Program-made: the position numbers and the translations under genes
Assembly (NCBI GenBank): GCA_019310485.1
Contig: JAFDEF010000011.1
Coordinates: 6,919 to 70,918, forward strand
Direction: 5' to 3'
Origin: Deltaproteobacteria bacterium
Lineage (GTDB): Bacteria; Desulfobacterota; DSM-4660; Desulfatiglandales; HGW-15
DNA: 64,000 bases
Shown here: positions 1-9,783 of the stretch, piece by piece
Position numbering within the stretch: the stretch's first letter is position 1
Layout: the number at the start of each line of letters is the position of its first letter
Notes under the pieces: model-generated
Databases searched by the model: none
What the model saw: only the letters and a program-made list of their open reading frames with translations
Told to the model about the DNA's origin: nothing

Positions 1-1141
1 AGAGCTTCTGTTTCAAGGTGTTGAAAAGCGCTTCATTTGCCTTAGGGTCATAAAATATCTTACCAGGCCTGTCTATGGTTGAAAGCCCGCCCAAGGGTAG
101 CACAACACTCACAGGTCCTTTTGCCTTGTTAAGTTTGCTTGCAATGAACTCAGCGATTGCCACATTTTCAGACGCTGTTGTGCGCATGGTGGTCATTGTG
201 GGGTTGTGGAAATTAAGTGTCCGGTTTTGAAATTTTTCTGGCACCTGATCTCGTGGAGGCAAAACAATCGTGTCAGCGGCCCCGGGCACAATAACCTGGG
301 GTAGTGCTGCCCGACCTGCTGCTTCAAGGCGATCTGGACCCGCGTCGTGAAGCCCTCCAACAATGTGGGCACCTATCTCTGCCAGGGTCATATCCATGAC
401 TCCATGGATCCGGCCCATTGAAATAAGCTTTTCCATGGTGCGGCCACCAATGCCTGAAGCATGAAACACCCACAGTTCAAACCCGGAATCTTCCATTATT
501 GTCCTTGCGCGGCTGACCCCTGGGGTCGTTGTTCCGTACATTGTAAAAGAGATTACTCTTTTCCCTGATGCTTTGTATGGCCGATAACCTCTAACCATTC
601 CGACAATTGCTCTGGCAGCATTCCTGAAAACCATTTCAAGCATGGGGTTGAGACCGCTTATATCCAGGAGAGATGGAATCATGATGATATCTGAAATATC
701 CACATGCCACTTAGTGTTTCCCGATGCAAGGGTAGAGACAATACACTTGGGAATGCCGTAGGCCAGGGCACGCATTGCGGAAGCGCAGATTGTGGTTCCA
801 CCGGACCCTCCAACCCCGATAACGCCGTGAGCCTTCCCCGAAATGACAAGCTTGCTGAGGTAAGAGGCTGCCGCATGACTTATTTTCTCAACTGCTTCAC
901 CCCTTGGCATCGCATTGATAGATTCAATATCCAACCCAGAAGCTCCAAGGATGTCTGCAGCGGAGATGTCGGCTTTCACCTGCGGTATGTCTTTTACACC
1001 CACGTCCATTAAAAGAGGCTCACACCCCGCGTCTTTTACCTGTTGTGCCAGGTAGGCAAGTTCCGAACCCTTTGTGTCCATGGTGCCGATGACCACGACA
1101 ACTTTTCTGCTCGCCATGTCTTTGTTTTTCGAATTATCCAT
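1..1141 (-). CDS. Tm-1-like ATP-binding domain protein (UPF0261), 3' end runs off the window
   Basis: Not in the ORF track because it is open at the left edge. Manual translation gives MDNSKNKDMASRKVVVVIGTMDTKGSELAYL...GSGGGTTI-like motif (GGTGGTTI)...TMYGTTTPGV...FHASGIGG...VPGAAD...HNPTMTTMRT. Paralogue of 5976-7214. Alternative start at 1117. Confidence 0.88.
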   Translation of the reverse strand, partial: MDNSKNKDMASRKVVVVIGTMDTKGSELAYLAQQVKDAGCEPLLMDVGVKDIPQVKADISAADILGASGLDIESINAMPRGEAVEKISHAAASYLSKLVISGKAHGVIGVGGSGGTTICASAMRALAYGIPKCIVSTLASGNTKWHVDISDIIMIPSLLDISGLNPMLEMVFRNAARAIVGMVRGYRPYKASGKRVISFTMYGTTTPGVSRARTIMEDSGFELWVFHASGIGGRTMEKLISMGRIHGVMDMTLAEIGAHIVGGLHDAGPDRLEAAGRAALPQVIVPGAADTIVLPPRDQVPEKFQNRTLNFHNPTMTTMRTTASENVAIAEFIASKLNKAKGPVSVVLPLGGLSTIDRPGKIFYDPKANEALFNTLKQKL

Positions 1142-1186
1142 GGTCTCAGCTAAAGAAAAGAGGAACAGGCGCTTTCCTGCAAGCTG

Positions 1187-1642
1187 TCAGTCGCTTGTCT
1201 TCTCATCGCAAAATGCGCCTACGCTTCTAAGTGCCGCCCTTGCTATGTACTGGTCCTGTTTTGAATCGCCACCGGATACGCCAACCGCTCCAACACATTC
1301 ATCTTCCAAAATAACAGGATAGCCCCCCTCAAGAGGAGTCCAGGCATGTGCACCGGCTGCAAGTGCCAGCCCCAGGGCATGAAGCACATCAAAGGCCTGA
1401 GCCTGGGCTCCCTTCGCACTTGTAGGTAGCCTGCTGGAAGAGGCTGTTATGGCCTTGGTTGTGGAGGAGCGGACAGTGTGAAAGGGAGCACCTACCATCC
1501 GCTCGAACATGAGCAAGTGTCCACCCGCGTCCACTATAGCGATACTTACTTTTATTCCCATCTCCTGCGCTCTGGCTAAAGCAGCGCTCATCATGATGTG
1601 AACAGCTTCAGAAGTCAGCATTTTGGTGTTCTTAACCAGCAT
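1187..1642 (-). CDS. GlcG/HbpS family heme-binding protein
   Basis: SIAIVDAGGHL...KAITA...GGYPVI...VGAVGVSGG..QDQYIA motifs. Confidence 0.9.
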   Translation of the reverse strand: MLVKNTKMLTSEAVHIMMSAALARAQEMGIKVSIAIVDAGGHLLMFERMVGAPFHTVRSSTTKAITASSSRLPTSAKGAQAQAFDVLHALGLALAAGAHAWTPLEGGYPVILEDECVGAVGVSGGDSKQDQYIARAALRSVGAFCDEKTSD

Positions 1643-1704
1643 ACGTACCCTCTTTTTCTAAGCAAGAGCAACTTCCCGGCGCCTCTCTCGTCGAAGGCCT
1701 CGCC

Positions 1705-2409
1705 TTAAGGTAAATCCACCCTGCGAACCATAACCTGACCATCCTCTTTTTTCGCCCTAAGAGCGAATTCAAAGATATCGCGCTGGAGGCAAACAATGGG
1801 ATCTTCTGGCGGAAAATACTGAATGTCAGGGGCCAGGAACTTCTGTGTTGTTTGGTGAAAAATGATTTCTCTAAGGGCTTTATTATGATCATAGCTTCCA
1901 TTGCCCAGAAGGTGCGATACATAGGTTGCGCACCATTCATCTTCCGGAGATCTTTCTTTAAGCTGTCTACCCATAGCCACAATACTGACCCTACGGGGCT
2001 GTCTGTCAATGATGTACCTGGCTGTTGGTGCTGCAAGAACAAAACTGCAGAGCAAAACCTCATCAGCAGCTTCAAGCGCTGTTACTGCTCCCTGGACTCC
2101 TGCAGAACTTCTTTGAACCACTGTTTTTCCTTCAAACAAAGAGGGATCTTGTTTTAGGATCTGGCTCGGTGAGTTGCCCAGATCAAAACCTTCGATAGGG
2201 ACTCCAGCGATTTCGCCGCTCAGAATAAGATCCTTATTTTCTTTCCTCAGGGCAAAGGCCTCTTCAGGTGTGGGAACAAGGATGGCTTTTTTTACTCCGA
2301 AAGAAAAGAACAGGGGGGTGCAGGTGAATGCACGGAAAACGTCAATTATCACAGCCGTGCCCTTAGCAGCTTTTGCACCTGACAAAAGACTATCGCGGGT
2401 TACCTCCAT
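1705..2409 (-). CDS. 2-phosphosulfolactate phosphatase (ComB) family protein
   Basis: AVIIDVFRAFT, GE..G..IEGFDLGNSPS and RSSAGV motifs. Start trimmed to MEVTRDS (2409). Confidence 0.85.
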   Translation of the reverse strand: MEVTRDSLLSGAKAAKGTAVIIDVFRAFTCTPLFFSFGVKKAILVPTPEEAFALRKENKDLILSGEIAGVPIEGFDLGNSPSQILKQDPSLFEGKTVVQRSSAGVQGAVTALEAADEVLLCSFVLAAPTARYIIDRQPRRVSIVAMGRQLKERSPEDEWCATYVSHLLGNGSYDHNKALREIIFHQTTQKFLAPDIQYFPPEDPIVCLQRDIFEFALRAKKEDGQVMVRRVDLP

Positions 2410-2651
2410 TTCTGTACCTTTCCATTTCAAGACTTTAAGAAATTTGATTGCAGTGCCTGCAACGAGCTCAGAGAAGATCCTCCGCTTCAACCCCCCGCCG
2501 AGTTTGATGCGGACTGGGTGGCGTTTTTGGTGCGTCAATACAGGCGTTCAAGTTAGCCTATATGTCATTATCTTGCAGGCATGTCAATCTTTTTGTGAAG
2601 CCAGGGGCCAGTGATTGTTGGTGTAAGCGTGCATGAGGCTCAATATTTTGC

Positions 2652-2715
2652 TTGACAAGTGCTGCCCGCATATTAGACCTTATTCGCAGATGTGCAGTTG
2701 CTGCTCATTTGTGCA
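2652..2715 (+). promoter_or_regulatory. Sigma70-like promoter with tandem operator, site 1
   Basis: TTGACA at 2652-2657; boxes TTCGCAGATGTGCA (2683-2696) and TGCTCATTTGTGCA (2702-2715), 5 bp apart. Confidence 0.7.
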
Positions 2716-2784
2716 CCTGCCTCGATGATGAAAGGAGCATAATCTGACTTTTATCAAAAGTTGTGCTTTTCAATGAGGGATTTT

Positions 2785-3129
2785 ATGGCAGAATGCTGTG
2801 TTCGGTGGGATGAAATGCCTTGGGAAATGGTGAGTGAAACAATCAAGCGCAAGGTCTGCTTGGGAAAGCAAATAATGATGGTTTTTTACTGTTTTGAACC
2901 GTTTGCTCAGTGGCCCGAGGAAAGACACATGGCTGAACAAGCCGGATACGTTATCGAGGGAAAAATCGTCTTGAAGCAGCCTGGTGATGGAAGAGAAACA
3001 GTTCTTGGTCCCGGAGACGGGTATCTAATCGAATCCAACAAAAAGCATTCATGGAGAGTTCTGGAGGAAAAGGTGGTCTTGCTCGATATTTTTTCTCCGC
3101 CAAGGATGGAATTGATCGGGCAATCATAG
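2785..3129 (+). CDS. Cupin domain protein
   Basis: PEERHMAEQAGYVIEG...LGPGDGYLIESNKKH...DIFSPPR. Start trimmed to the ATG after GAGGG. Confidence 0.85.
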   Translation: MAECCVRWDEMPWEMVSETIKRKVCLGKQIMMVFYCFEPFAQWPEERHMAEQAGYVIEGKIVLKQPGDGRETVLGPGDGYLIESNKKHSWRVLEEKVVLLDIFSPPRMELIGQS

Positions 3130-3192
3130 TTTCAAGGTTCATTTATGTCATAAGTCAGTCAAATCTCGGTTTTCGAGGCGGAGACAGGAGAA

Positions 3193-4692
3193 GTGAGAGG
3201 GGATCTGCAGCAGAACAAACAGGGTCGAAACGTATACGATGTAATTGTTGTCGGAGGTGGCATTGTAGGAAGTATGATAGCAAGGGAGCTATCTAAATAT
3301 AAGGGCCGCTTTGCGTTGGTTGAAAAAGAGCCGTCTACCGGTTTCGGAGTGTCAAAGGCGAATCCTTCAATGCTTCATTCAGCTTTCATGTTCCCTTCAG
3401 GGCCTTTGCGGCACAGGCTTGTATACGATGCCGCTTCCCGGTACAGGAAACTTGCCGGAGAACTGGACGTTGTCTTCAACGAAGTTGATGAGATCTTTGT
3501 GGCTCTTAACACCACTCAGCTTGAAAAGCTGGAAAAGGCACAAAAGTGGGCCGAAGAAAATAATTTGCCTGGCGGCCACAGGATGATCGGGGCAGGTGAA
3601 TTGCTGGAATTGGAACCCCATGTTACACCAAAGGCGCTGGGGGCCCTTCACGGCAAAGGGGTGGGCGGGATATACGCTCCTGAATGGACGTTTGCTTTAG
3701 TGGAAAACGCTGTCCAGAATGGTCTTGAGCTTTACCTTAGTACAGAGGTTAAGGATATCGGCAGAGAAAAGGACTTCCAATACGATGTGGTCACTTCTAA
3801 AGGGATCCTTGGGACTCGCTACCTGGTCAATGCGGCCGGCCTTTTCGTAGATGAAATAGCGCGAATGGTGGGGGACAATGACATAAAGTTGATACTGACC
3901 AAGGGCGTTATGGCTATCCTTGATAAATCTGTTTCACACCTGGTTCGAAATATGGTTTACGGATCCTACGGAAAGGATCACAGCCAATTGGTAACACCCA
4001 CCGCACATGGTAACATCCTGATCGGAATGGGGTATTTCACGTGCCCGGAGCATAAAGCCGACACCGGGGTCTCGGGAGAAAAGCTGAGTGAGGTTGTTGA
4101 AATGGCCAAGGAGCTCATACCGGCCGTTTCTGAAAAAGATGTTATTACATCATTTGCAGGCATTCGCTCTGAAAATACAAAGGCCCAGGTTATGGGTGAC
4201 TTCTACATTGGGGAGTCGGAACATGCACCAGGTGTGATCCACGCTGCAATAGGTTCTCCTGGACTTACGGCTGCCCCGGCGATTGCGGAGTATGTGATCG
4301 AGTTACTTTCTAGGGCTGGTATGGCCATGGAGGAGAAAAAGGATTTCAAGAAACACAGAACCGGCTGGCGTCGTTTCGAGGAGGCTTCTTTTTCGGAAAA
4401 AGAAAAAATGCTTGCATCTGATCCGAGATATGGGCACGTTGTTTGTCGGTGCGAGCAAGTGACCGAGGCGGAAATCCTGGAAGCTATCCGGCGAGGAGCA
4501 GATACTACTGATGCAGTGAAGCACCTGACAAGAGCCGGCATGGGGAGGTGCCAGGGAGGATTTTGCGGGACTGGCGTTTTGAACTATCTTGCAAGATACA
4601 TGGGAATTTCTCCAACCGATGTTACAAAAAAGGGGGTAGGGTCTTATCAGGTTTGCGGCTTCACTAAAGAAAAGAGGTCTCAGCATGGATAG
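3193..4692 (+). CDS. GlpA/LhgO-like FAD-dependent oxidoreductase with C-terminal BFD-like [2Fe-2S] domain
   Basis: GGGIVG FAD motif, NAAGL, SPGLTAAPAIA, CRCEQVT...RAGMGRCQGGFC; AGGAG RBS before GTG. Confidence 0.88.
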   Translation: MRGDLQQNKQGRNVYDVIVVGGGIVGSMIARELSKYKGRFALVEKEPSTGFGVSKANPSMLHSAFMFPSGPLRHRLVYDAASRYRKLAGELDVVFNEVDEIFVALNTTQLEKLEKAQKWAEENNLPGGHRMIGAGELLELEPHVTPKALGALHGKGVGGIYAPEWTFALVENAVQNGLELYLSTEVKDIGREKDFQYDVVTSKGILGTRYLVNAAGLFVDEIARMVGDNDIKLILTKGVMAILDKSVSHLVRNMVYGSYGKDHSQLVTPTAHGNILIGMGYFTCPEHKADTGVSGEKLSEVVEMAKELIPAVSEKDVITSFAGIRSENTKAQVMGDFYIGESEHAPGVIHAAIGSPGLTAAPAIAEYVIELLSRAGMAMEEKKDFKKHRTGWRRFEEASFSEKEKMLASDPRYGHVVCRCEQVTEAEILEAIRRGADTTDAVKHLTRAGMGRCQGGFCGTGVLNYLARYMGISPTDVTKKGVGSYQVCGFTKEKRSQHG

Positions 4693-4832
4693 AGTGGATG
4701 AAAGCTGTTATGGATCAAAATGCTTTTCAGTCTGCGGCAAGAATGGCCTTGCGTGGCACCGGGTGGAATGGGATACTCAGTGAGGGTCACCAGGCACAAA
4801 GTGGCGTGAAGTTTGGAAAGGAGAAGAGGAAA

Positions 4833-5903
4833 ATGAGTACAATACCTGAAACCATGAAGGCGGCAATACTAATGGGCCCAAACCAGCTTGAGGTGAAAGA
4901 GGTTCCCACTCCGAAGCCGGGGCCCATGGAAGTATTGTTGAAAGTGGCATCCTGCGCTTGTTGCAGTACTGACGTAGCACTCATGGCAAAGCCTTTCCCC
5001 GGGCAACCCCCTTACGGGAGTTTTATTCCTGGGCATGAATATGCAGGGGAGGTCGTTGCACTTGGAGACACGGTTGATGAGTTCAAAATAGGGCAAAGGG
5101 TTGCGGTAGAGGCGCACCTTGGGTGCATGCGCTGCCGTAATTGCCGGGTGGGAAACTATACGGCATGTCTAAATTACGGAACGCCCAAACATAGAGCAAA
5201 TGGAATGACTTCAAACGGCGGTTTTGCCCAGTATGTTGTCAATAACATAAACACTGTTCATGCAATACCTGATCACGTAGGGTTCAATGAGGCAGCTTTG
5301 ATAACGAACCTTGGTTGCGTTCTCTACGGTTTTCAAACTGTGGGAGGGTACGTTGCAGGGGATCATGTGGCAGTTATTGGCCCTGGACCCTTAGGTCTTA
5401 TTTCTTCGCAGGTTGCCAGGGCCTTTGGGGCTGAGATGGTATATCTGATAGGCACCCGAGCCTCAAGGCTTACAAAAGGGGCAGAGACAGGTGCTCACCG
5501 CGTGATAAACATACACGAGGAAGATCCGGTGAAGGTGGTGCTGGAGGGAACCAACGGAGTTGGCGCGGACCTCGTAATCGAGTCCTCCGGCGCTAGCGAT
5601 GCCCCCATGATGGCGATCAAGATGGTAAAGCCTATGGGTAAAATCCTTCTGCTCGGCTTCCCTCACGAACCTGTCCTGGTTGATCTGGAAGACGTGCTCA
5701 TGAAAAACAAATCGATTTATGCTGTGCGCGGTGAAGGGTGGGCAAATCTGAGAAGAGCCGTCTCGCTCATAGGGTCAGGGAAGATAGACCTAAAGCCGTA
5801 TGTTACCCACACATTTCCTCTTGATGAGATAAATACGGCTTTTAAGACTTTCATTGAGCGGATCGGTGGGGCAGTGAAGGTCGTGGTAAAGCCCAATGAA
5901 TAA
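4833..5903 (+). CDS. Zinc-dependent (MDR) alcohol dehydrogenase, paralogue A
   Basis: CSTD, GHE, structural-Zn CxxCxxCx7C, GPGPLG. Start trimmed to MSTIPETMK. Confidence 0.9.
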   Translation: MSTIPETMKAAILMGPNQLEVKEVPTPKPGPMEVLLKVASCACCSTDVALMAKPFPGQPPYGSFIPGHEYAGEVVALGDTVDEFKIGQRVAVEAHLGCMRCRNCRVGNYTACLNYGTPKHRANGMTSNGGFAQYVVNNINTVHAIPDHVGFNEAALITNLGCVLYGFQTVGGYVAGDHVAVIGPGPLGLISSQVARAFGAEMVYLIGTRASRLTKGAETGAHRVINIHEEDPVKVVLEGTNGVGADLVIESSGASDAPMMAIKMVKPMGKILLLGFPHEPVLVDLEDVLMKNKSIYAVRGEGWANLRRAVSLIGSGKIDLKPYVTHTFPLDEINTAFKTFIERIGGAVKVVVKPNE

Positions 5904-5975
5904 TGTGAGCTATGCCTTTGTTCTTGGGCTTTGCTAAGAGACGAGGTCTTGGTGAGCAGCATGGGAGATAGTATC

Positions 5976-7214
5976 ATGGAAAAGACGGTTTTACTGGTTG
6001 CAACGCTGGACACGAAGGAAGAAGAAGCCTTTTATTTGAAACAATGCATTACATCCCAAGGGATTGGTGTCATTGTTATGGATACCGGCATTCTTTCGTC
6101 CCCAAAAAGGAAACCTGATGTAACGCAGGGTGAGGTTGCCAAGCGCGGGGGGATTCCGCTCAAAGAAGCAGTGGCTACCGGGGACAAAGCTAAGTGCACT
6201 GCCAATATGAGCAGGGGTGCCGTGGAGATTGCTAAAGAGCTCTATGGTAAAGACCTTATCCATGGAGTTGTTGGAATAGGGGGGGCACAGGGAACCGAGA
6301 TTGCATGCGCTGCCATGCGGGCCCTGCCTGTAGGCGTGCCCAAGGTAATGGCATCTGCAGTTGCACAAGGAAGGCACATGTTTGGGTTCTATATGGGCAC
6401 AAAAGATCTTACCATTATGCATACGGTATCCGATATGCAAGGGCTCAACTTCTTGACAAGGCGTATTCTTGAAAATACAGCGGCCGCTATTTGTGGCATG
6501 ATCAGAAGCTTGAAAGAAGATACCATGAAGCCAAAGGGAATCCCTGTTGCCATGTCCATGCTGGGGACAACCACCCCTGGAGCGCTCAGAGCTAAAAGCA
6601 TCCTGGAAGGAGAAGGTTATGAGGTAGTGCCTTTTCATCAAAATGGAACTGGCGGCATTTGCATGGAAGACCTTATCCTGGAGGGGTATTTTGAAGGCGT
6701 GTTGGATTTGAACCTCCATGAGATTGGCGATGCCTTTGTTCATGGAATTCACGGCGCAATAAGGGAGGATAGGGCAGAAGCTGCTGGAGCAATGGGATTG
6801 CCCCAGGTCGTAGCGCCCGGGAGTACCAATTACACGGTCCAGGGAACTCCAGAAAGCCTCTCTGAGGAAATGAAAAAGCGTAAATGTTTTTATTACAACA
6901 AGGACCTCACCCTGGTACGATTGCTCCCCGAGGAGCTACGACAAGTGGGGAAGATCGTGGCCAGAAAACTCAACAAGGCAAAAGGCCCGGTGAAAGTATT
7001 TATTCCCCTGAAAGGATGGTCATTCCCAGACAGGGAGGGCTTACCCCACTGGGAGCCCGAAGGAAACCAGGCTTTTGTTGATGCCCTGAAAGAAAATCTT
7101 AATCCCTCTATTACCGTTATCGAACTTGATGCTCACATCAATGACCCTGATTTTATTGACCCGGTGGTCAAGGAGTTCATGTCCATGATGAAACAAAGGA
7201 AGCCGGCCGGTTAA
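5976..7214 (+). CDS. Tm-1-like ATP-binding domain protein (UPF0261)
   Basis: ATLDTKEEE, GIGGAQGT, LPVGVPKVM, SMLGTTT, FHQNGTGG, HINDPDF motifs. Confidence 0.9.
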   Translation: MEKTVLLVATLDTKEEEAFYLKQCITSQGIGVIVMDTGILSSPKRKPDVTQGEVAKRGGIPLKEAVATGDKAKCTANMSRGAVEIAKELYGKDLIHGVVGIGGAQGTEIACAAMRALPVGVPKVMASAVAQGRHMFGFYMGTKDLTIMHTVSDMQGLNFLTRRILENTAAAICGMIRSLKEDTMKPKGIPVAMSMLGTTTPGALRAKSILEGEGYEVVPFHQNGTGGICMEDLILEGYFEGVLDLNLHEIGDAFVHGIHGAIREDRAEAAGAMGLPQVVAPGSTNYTVQGTPESLSEEMKKRKCFYYNKDLTLVRLLPEELRQVGKIVARKLNKAKGPVKVFIPLKGWSFPDREGLPHWEPEGNQAFVDALKENLNPSITVIELDAHINDPDFIDPVVKEFMSMMKQRKPAG

Positions 7215-7279
7215 TTACGCTTCCAGAGGGGATCACGCAAACCGGTCCGGCCGGGCAGGGGCTTGTGATTTGTGGGCGG

Positions 7280-7298
7280 GTATGCCATCCAGGCATAC
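7280..7298 (-). other. Candidate bacterial SECIS element
   Basis: On the mRNA strand GUAUGCC-UGGAU-GGCAUAC: perfect 7-bp stem starting 20 nt after the UGA, with G at loop position 2. Confidence 0.6.
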
Positions 7299-7633
7299 TA
7301 TTTAGTTTGAGGGATCAGTCAGATAACTTCCATTTGCTCCGTGGCTTTAATGCAATGGTGAACGTCAGGCGGGCAATAGATAACATCCCCCGGCCTTAGC
7401 TTCTCTTCTTTATCTCCCATAATGCCTATGCCTTGGCCTTTTAAAACAAAGAATTCGTGTTCCCAGGGATGGCTATGCTCAGGACTTTTCCCCCCTGCTT
7501 CAATTGTGAGAACGCGCAAGTTGAAATTAGGAGCCCCATCCTTTTCCGTAATGATATGCCGGATTACGGTTTTTTCCGCACCGTCAAAGTCAACGACCTC
7601 TGGTTCCTGGTCCATATAATGAATGTGTTTCAT
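7298..7633 (-). CDS. TM1459-like cupin, candidate selenoprotein (in-frame TGA at 7319-7321)
   Basis: APNFNLR...HSHPWEHEFFVLKG...HH. Reading through the TGA gives EVI-U-LIPQTK-TAG, matching the family C-terminus EFL-C-LIP. A hairpin follows at 7280-7298. Confidence 0.75.
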
Positions 7634-7722
7634 GTTTTTCCTCCTTTAGTTTTCTTGGAAATGCCTTTCCGTTCACCCGGAGGCTGGAAATCAACCAGGG
7701 AAGAACCAGAGCACTTCTTTTC

Positions 7723-8742
7723 TTAGAGCGTCAAAGCGATTCTTCCTGGTGTTGTCTTGTTCCTCAAGGCATCCAAGGCATCGTTAGCTTGTGCAAATGG
7801 ATATGTTTTTGTGACAACAGGCTCTATTTCCCCTCTTTCGACGAGCTTTATGAGATCGAGAAGTTCTGCTTTTGTTACAAAGCGGGATCCTTTGATTTCA
7901 TACTCATGGTAGTGCATGGCCATGGTATCCAGGGGGAAAGGCCTTCCGGGAGCATACCCGACGATTATGAGCCTTCCTCCGCTTTTGAGTGAAGGAAACG
8001 ACCACTTGAGCGTTTCAGGCGCACCCACGATCTCGATTACAGCATCAACACCTGCTCCCTGTGTCAGATCATGAAGGGCTTGCTCGGCTTTTTCAGGCTT
8101 AAGGGTCTCATCAGCGCCATATTTCTTGGCAAGGTCGAGGGCATTTTCTTCTATATCAACAACAATAACCCTTGCCCCGCTTAGTTTTGCAATCTGCACA
8201 GCATGGATGCCAAGGCCGCCTGCACCCACAATGAGTACATCCTGGCCCGGTTTTACGCGGGCAAGCGTTGTTATTGCGTGATAAGAAGTGCCGATAGCGT
8301 CTGCCAGAATCGCCATCTTGTGAAGATCCAGACTTTTTTGAAACGGGCAGAAATTGTACGCTGGAATCACAAGGTATTCTCTAAATCCTCCTTCAAGCTC
8401 AAACCCCACTCTTTTCAGATTATCGCACAAGTTTTCTCTACCTGTAAGGCACCTCATACATTTGTGGCAGGTTACGTAAGAGTAAACCACCCCCACATCA
8501 CCGGTGTGAATTTCTGTGACATTTTCCCCAATAGCTGATATCTCCCCCACCACCTCGTGACCGAGAACGTGAGGTAGATTCACTATTGGAGGAGGGATAT
8601 CCCCCCTGATAATCTTAAGATCAGTCTGGCATATACCGCAGGCTTTTACCTTGACAAGAACTTCATCAGGCCCCGGAGAGGGAATTTCTCTATCAACCAT
8701 CTGGAGCGCTTCGTTGTAAGAATTGAGAACAAGGGTTTTCAT
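7723..8742 (-). CDS. Zinc-dependent alcohol dehydrogenase (AdhP-like MDR)
   Basis: CGICQTD, GHE, CxxCxxCx7C, GAGGLG. Confidence 0.9.
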   Translation of the reverse strand: MKTLVLNSYNEALQMVDREIPSPGPDEVLVKVKACGICQTDLKIIRGDIPPPIVNLPHVLGHEVVGEISAIGENVTEIHTGDVGVVYSYVTCHKCMRCLTGRENLCDNLKRVGFELEGGFREYLVIPAYNFCPFQKSLDLHKMAILADAIGTSYHAITTLARVKPGQDVLIVGAGGLGIHAVQIAKLSGARVIVVDIEENALDLAKKYGADETLKPEKAEQALHDLTQGAGVDAVIEIVGAPETLKWSFPSLKSGGRLIIVGYAPGRPFPLDTMAMHYHEYEIKGSRFVTKAELLDLIKLVERGEIEPVVTKTYPFAQANDALDALRNKTTPGRIALTL

Positions 8743-8806
8743 GATTTCTGCCTTTCATCTGAGAGTGAAAAGAACAGTGAGAAAGCCTCTTTGAAAGAAA
8801 CCATTC

Positions 8807-9688
8807 TTACCCCAGTTCAGCTTTCTCAATTGCATCCTTGACCAGTTGTTTCTTGGCATCGCTCAAAGGCAACAACGGCAGGCGGGGAGGACCTCCATAG
8901 TAACCTGCAAAATCCATGGCCTGCTTTACACCTGCAACCCCGCCGGCACCGGAGACCGACTGGTTGAGGCGAAAAAGTTTGGAATGAAGCTCCCTTGCGC
9001 CTCTCACGTTCCCTTGCATGAATTTTTCGTAGAGCTTACAGCAGGGTTCCGGGAATGCATTGGCAAGGGAAACAACGCCTCCTGAAGCACCCAGGCTTAG
9101 GCCAATAAAAAGCGTGTTGATCGTGCCTGCAAGAACATCAAAATCAGGGCTGCAAACCTCCAGGTAGTGGGCGATACCGGCGGGAGAGGTATCTTTCATG
9201 CCACCTATGTTTGGGTGCCTGGAAACAACCTCAATCACCCTGGGACTCAATGTGACCCCGGTAAATCCGGGAGCATTGTAAACAAAGACTGGAACATTCA
9301 CAGCATCTGCGACGTCCGTATAATAACCAATAAGGGCGTCATCGGTGAGCGACTTCTTGAAATAACTGGGCGTGAGCAAGGAAACGATATCTGCACCAAT
9401 TTCCTGGGCCTTTTTCGAAAAAGCTATGGTTTGCCTGGTTGATTCATAACCCGTGCCCGCCATCACGATCTGGCTGTCAGCCTTTTCCCGAATGACTGTT
9501 TCAAGTACGCTCAGTTTTTCTTCATCAGTGAGGCTCTTGTTTTCACCGTTGCTTCCAAGAACCAGAAACCCACTCAGTGGGGTTTCCCTATATTTTCGAA
9601 CGTTTTCTTTCAAGTGTTCAAGAGAGACTTCCTCGTTTACAAAAGGAGTCGTGATCGGTGCGAAAATTCCGGATACTTTGCCACCCAT
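8807..9688 (-). CDS. DapA/NAL-family class I aldolase, HOGA-like
   Basis: APITTPF, GSNGE (as in 4-hydroxy-2-oxoglutarate aldolase), YNAP, Schiff-base GMKDT, PRLPL. Confidence 0.85.
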   Translation of the reverse strand: MGGKVSGIFAPITTPFVNEEVSLEHLKENVRKYRETPLSGFLVLGSNGENKSLTDEEKLSVLETVIREKADSQIVMAGTGYESTRQTIAFSKKAQEIGADIVSLLTPSYFKKSLTDDALIGYYTDVADAVNVPVFVYNAPGFTGVTLSPRVIEVVSRHPNIGGMKDTSPAGIAHYLEVCSPDFDVLAGTINTLFIGLSLGASGGVVSLANAFPEPCCKLYEKFMQGNVRGARELHSKLFRLNQSVSGAGGVAGVKQAMDFAGYYGGPPRLPLLPLSDAKKQLVKDAIEKAELG

Positions 9689-9783
9689 AGTTATACCTCC
9701 AAGAAGCATAAGAAAAAAAGCAAAAGTGTGTACCGTCTATAAAAAAGCTACTGCAAAAAGAGAAATGCAGGTGCTAAAGGCAT

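Noticed and set aside
2410-2560. GC-rich leader upstream of the ComB-like gene as a riboswitch
   Set aside because: No match to an aptamer consensus I recognise; an Infernal/Rfam scan would settle it
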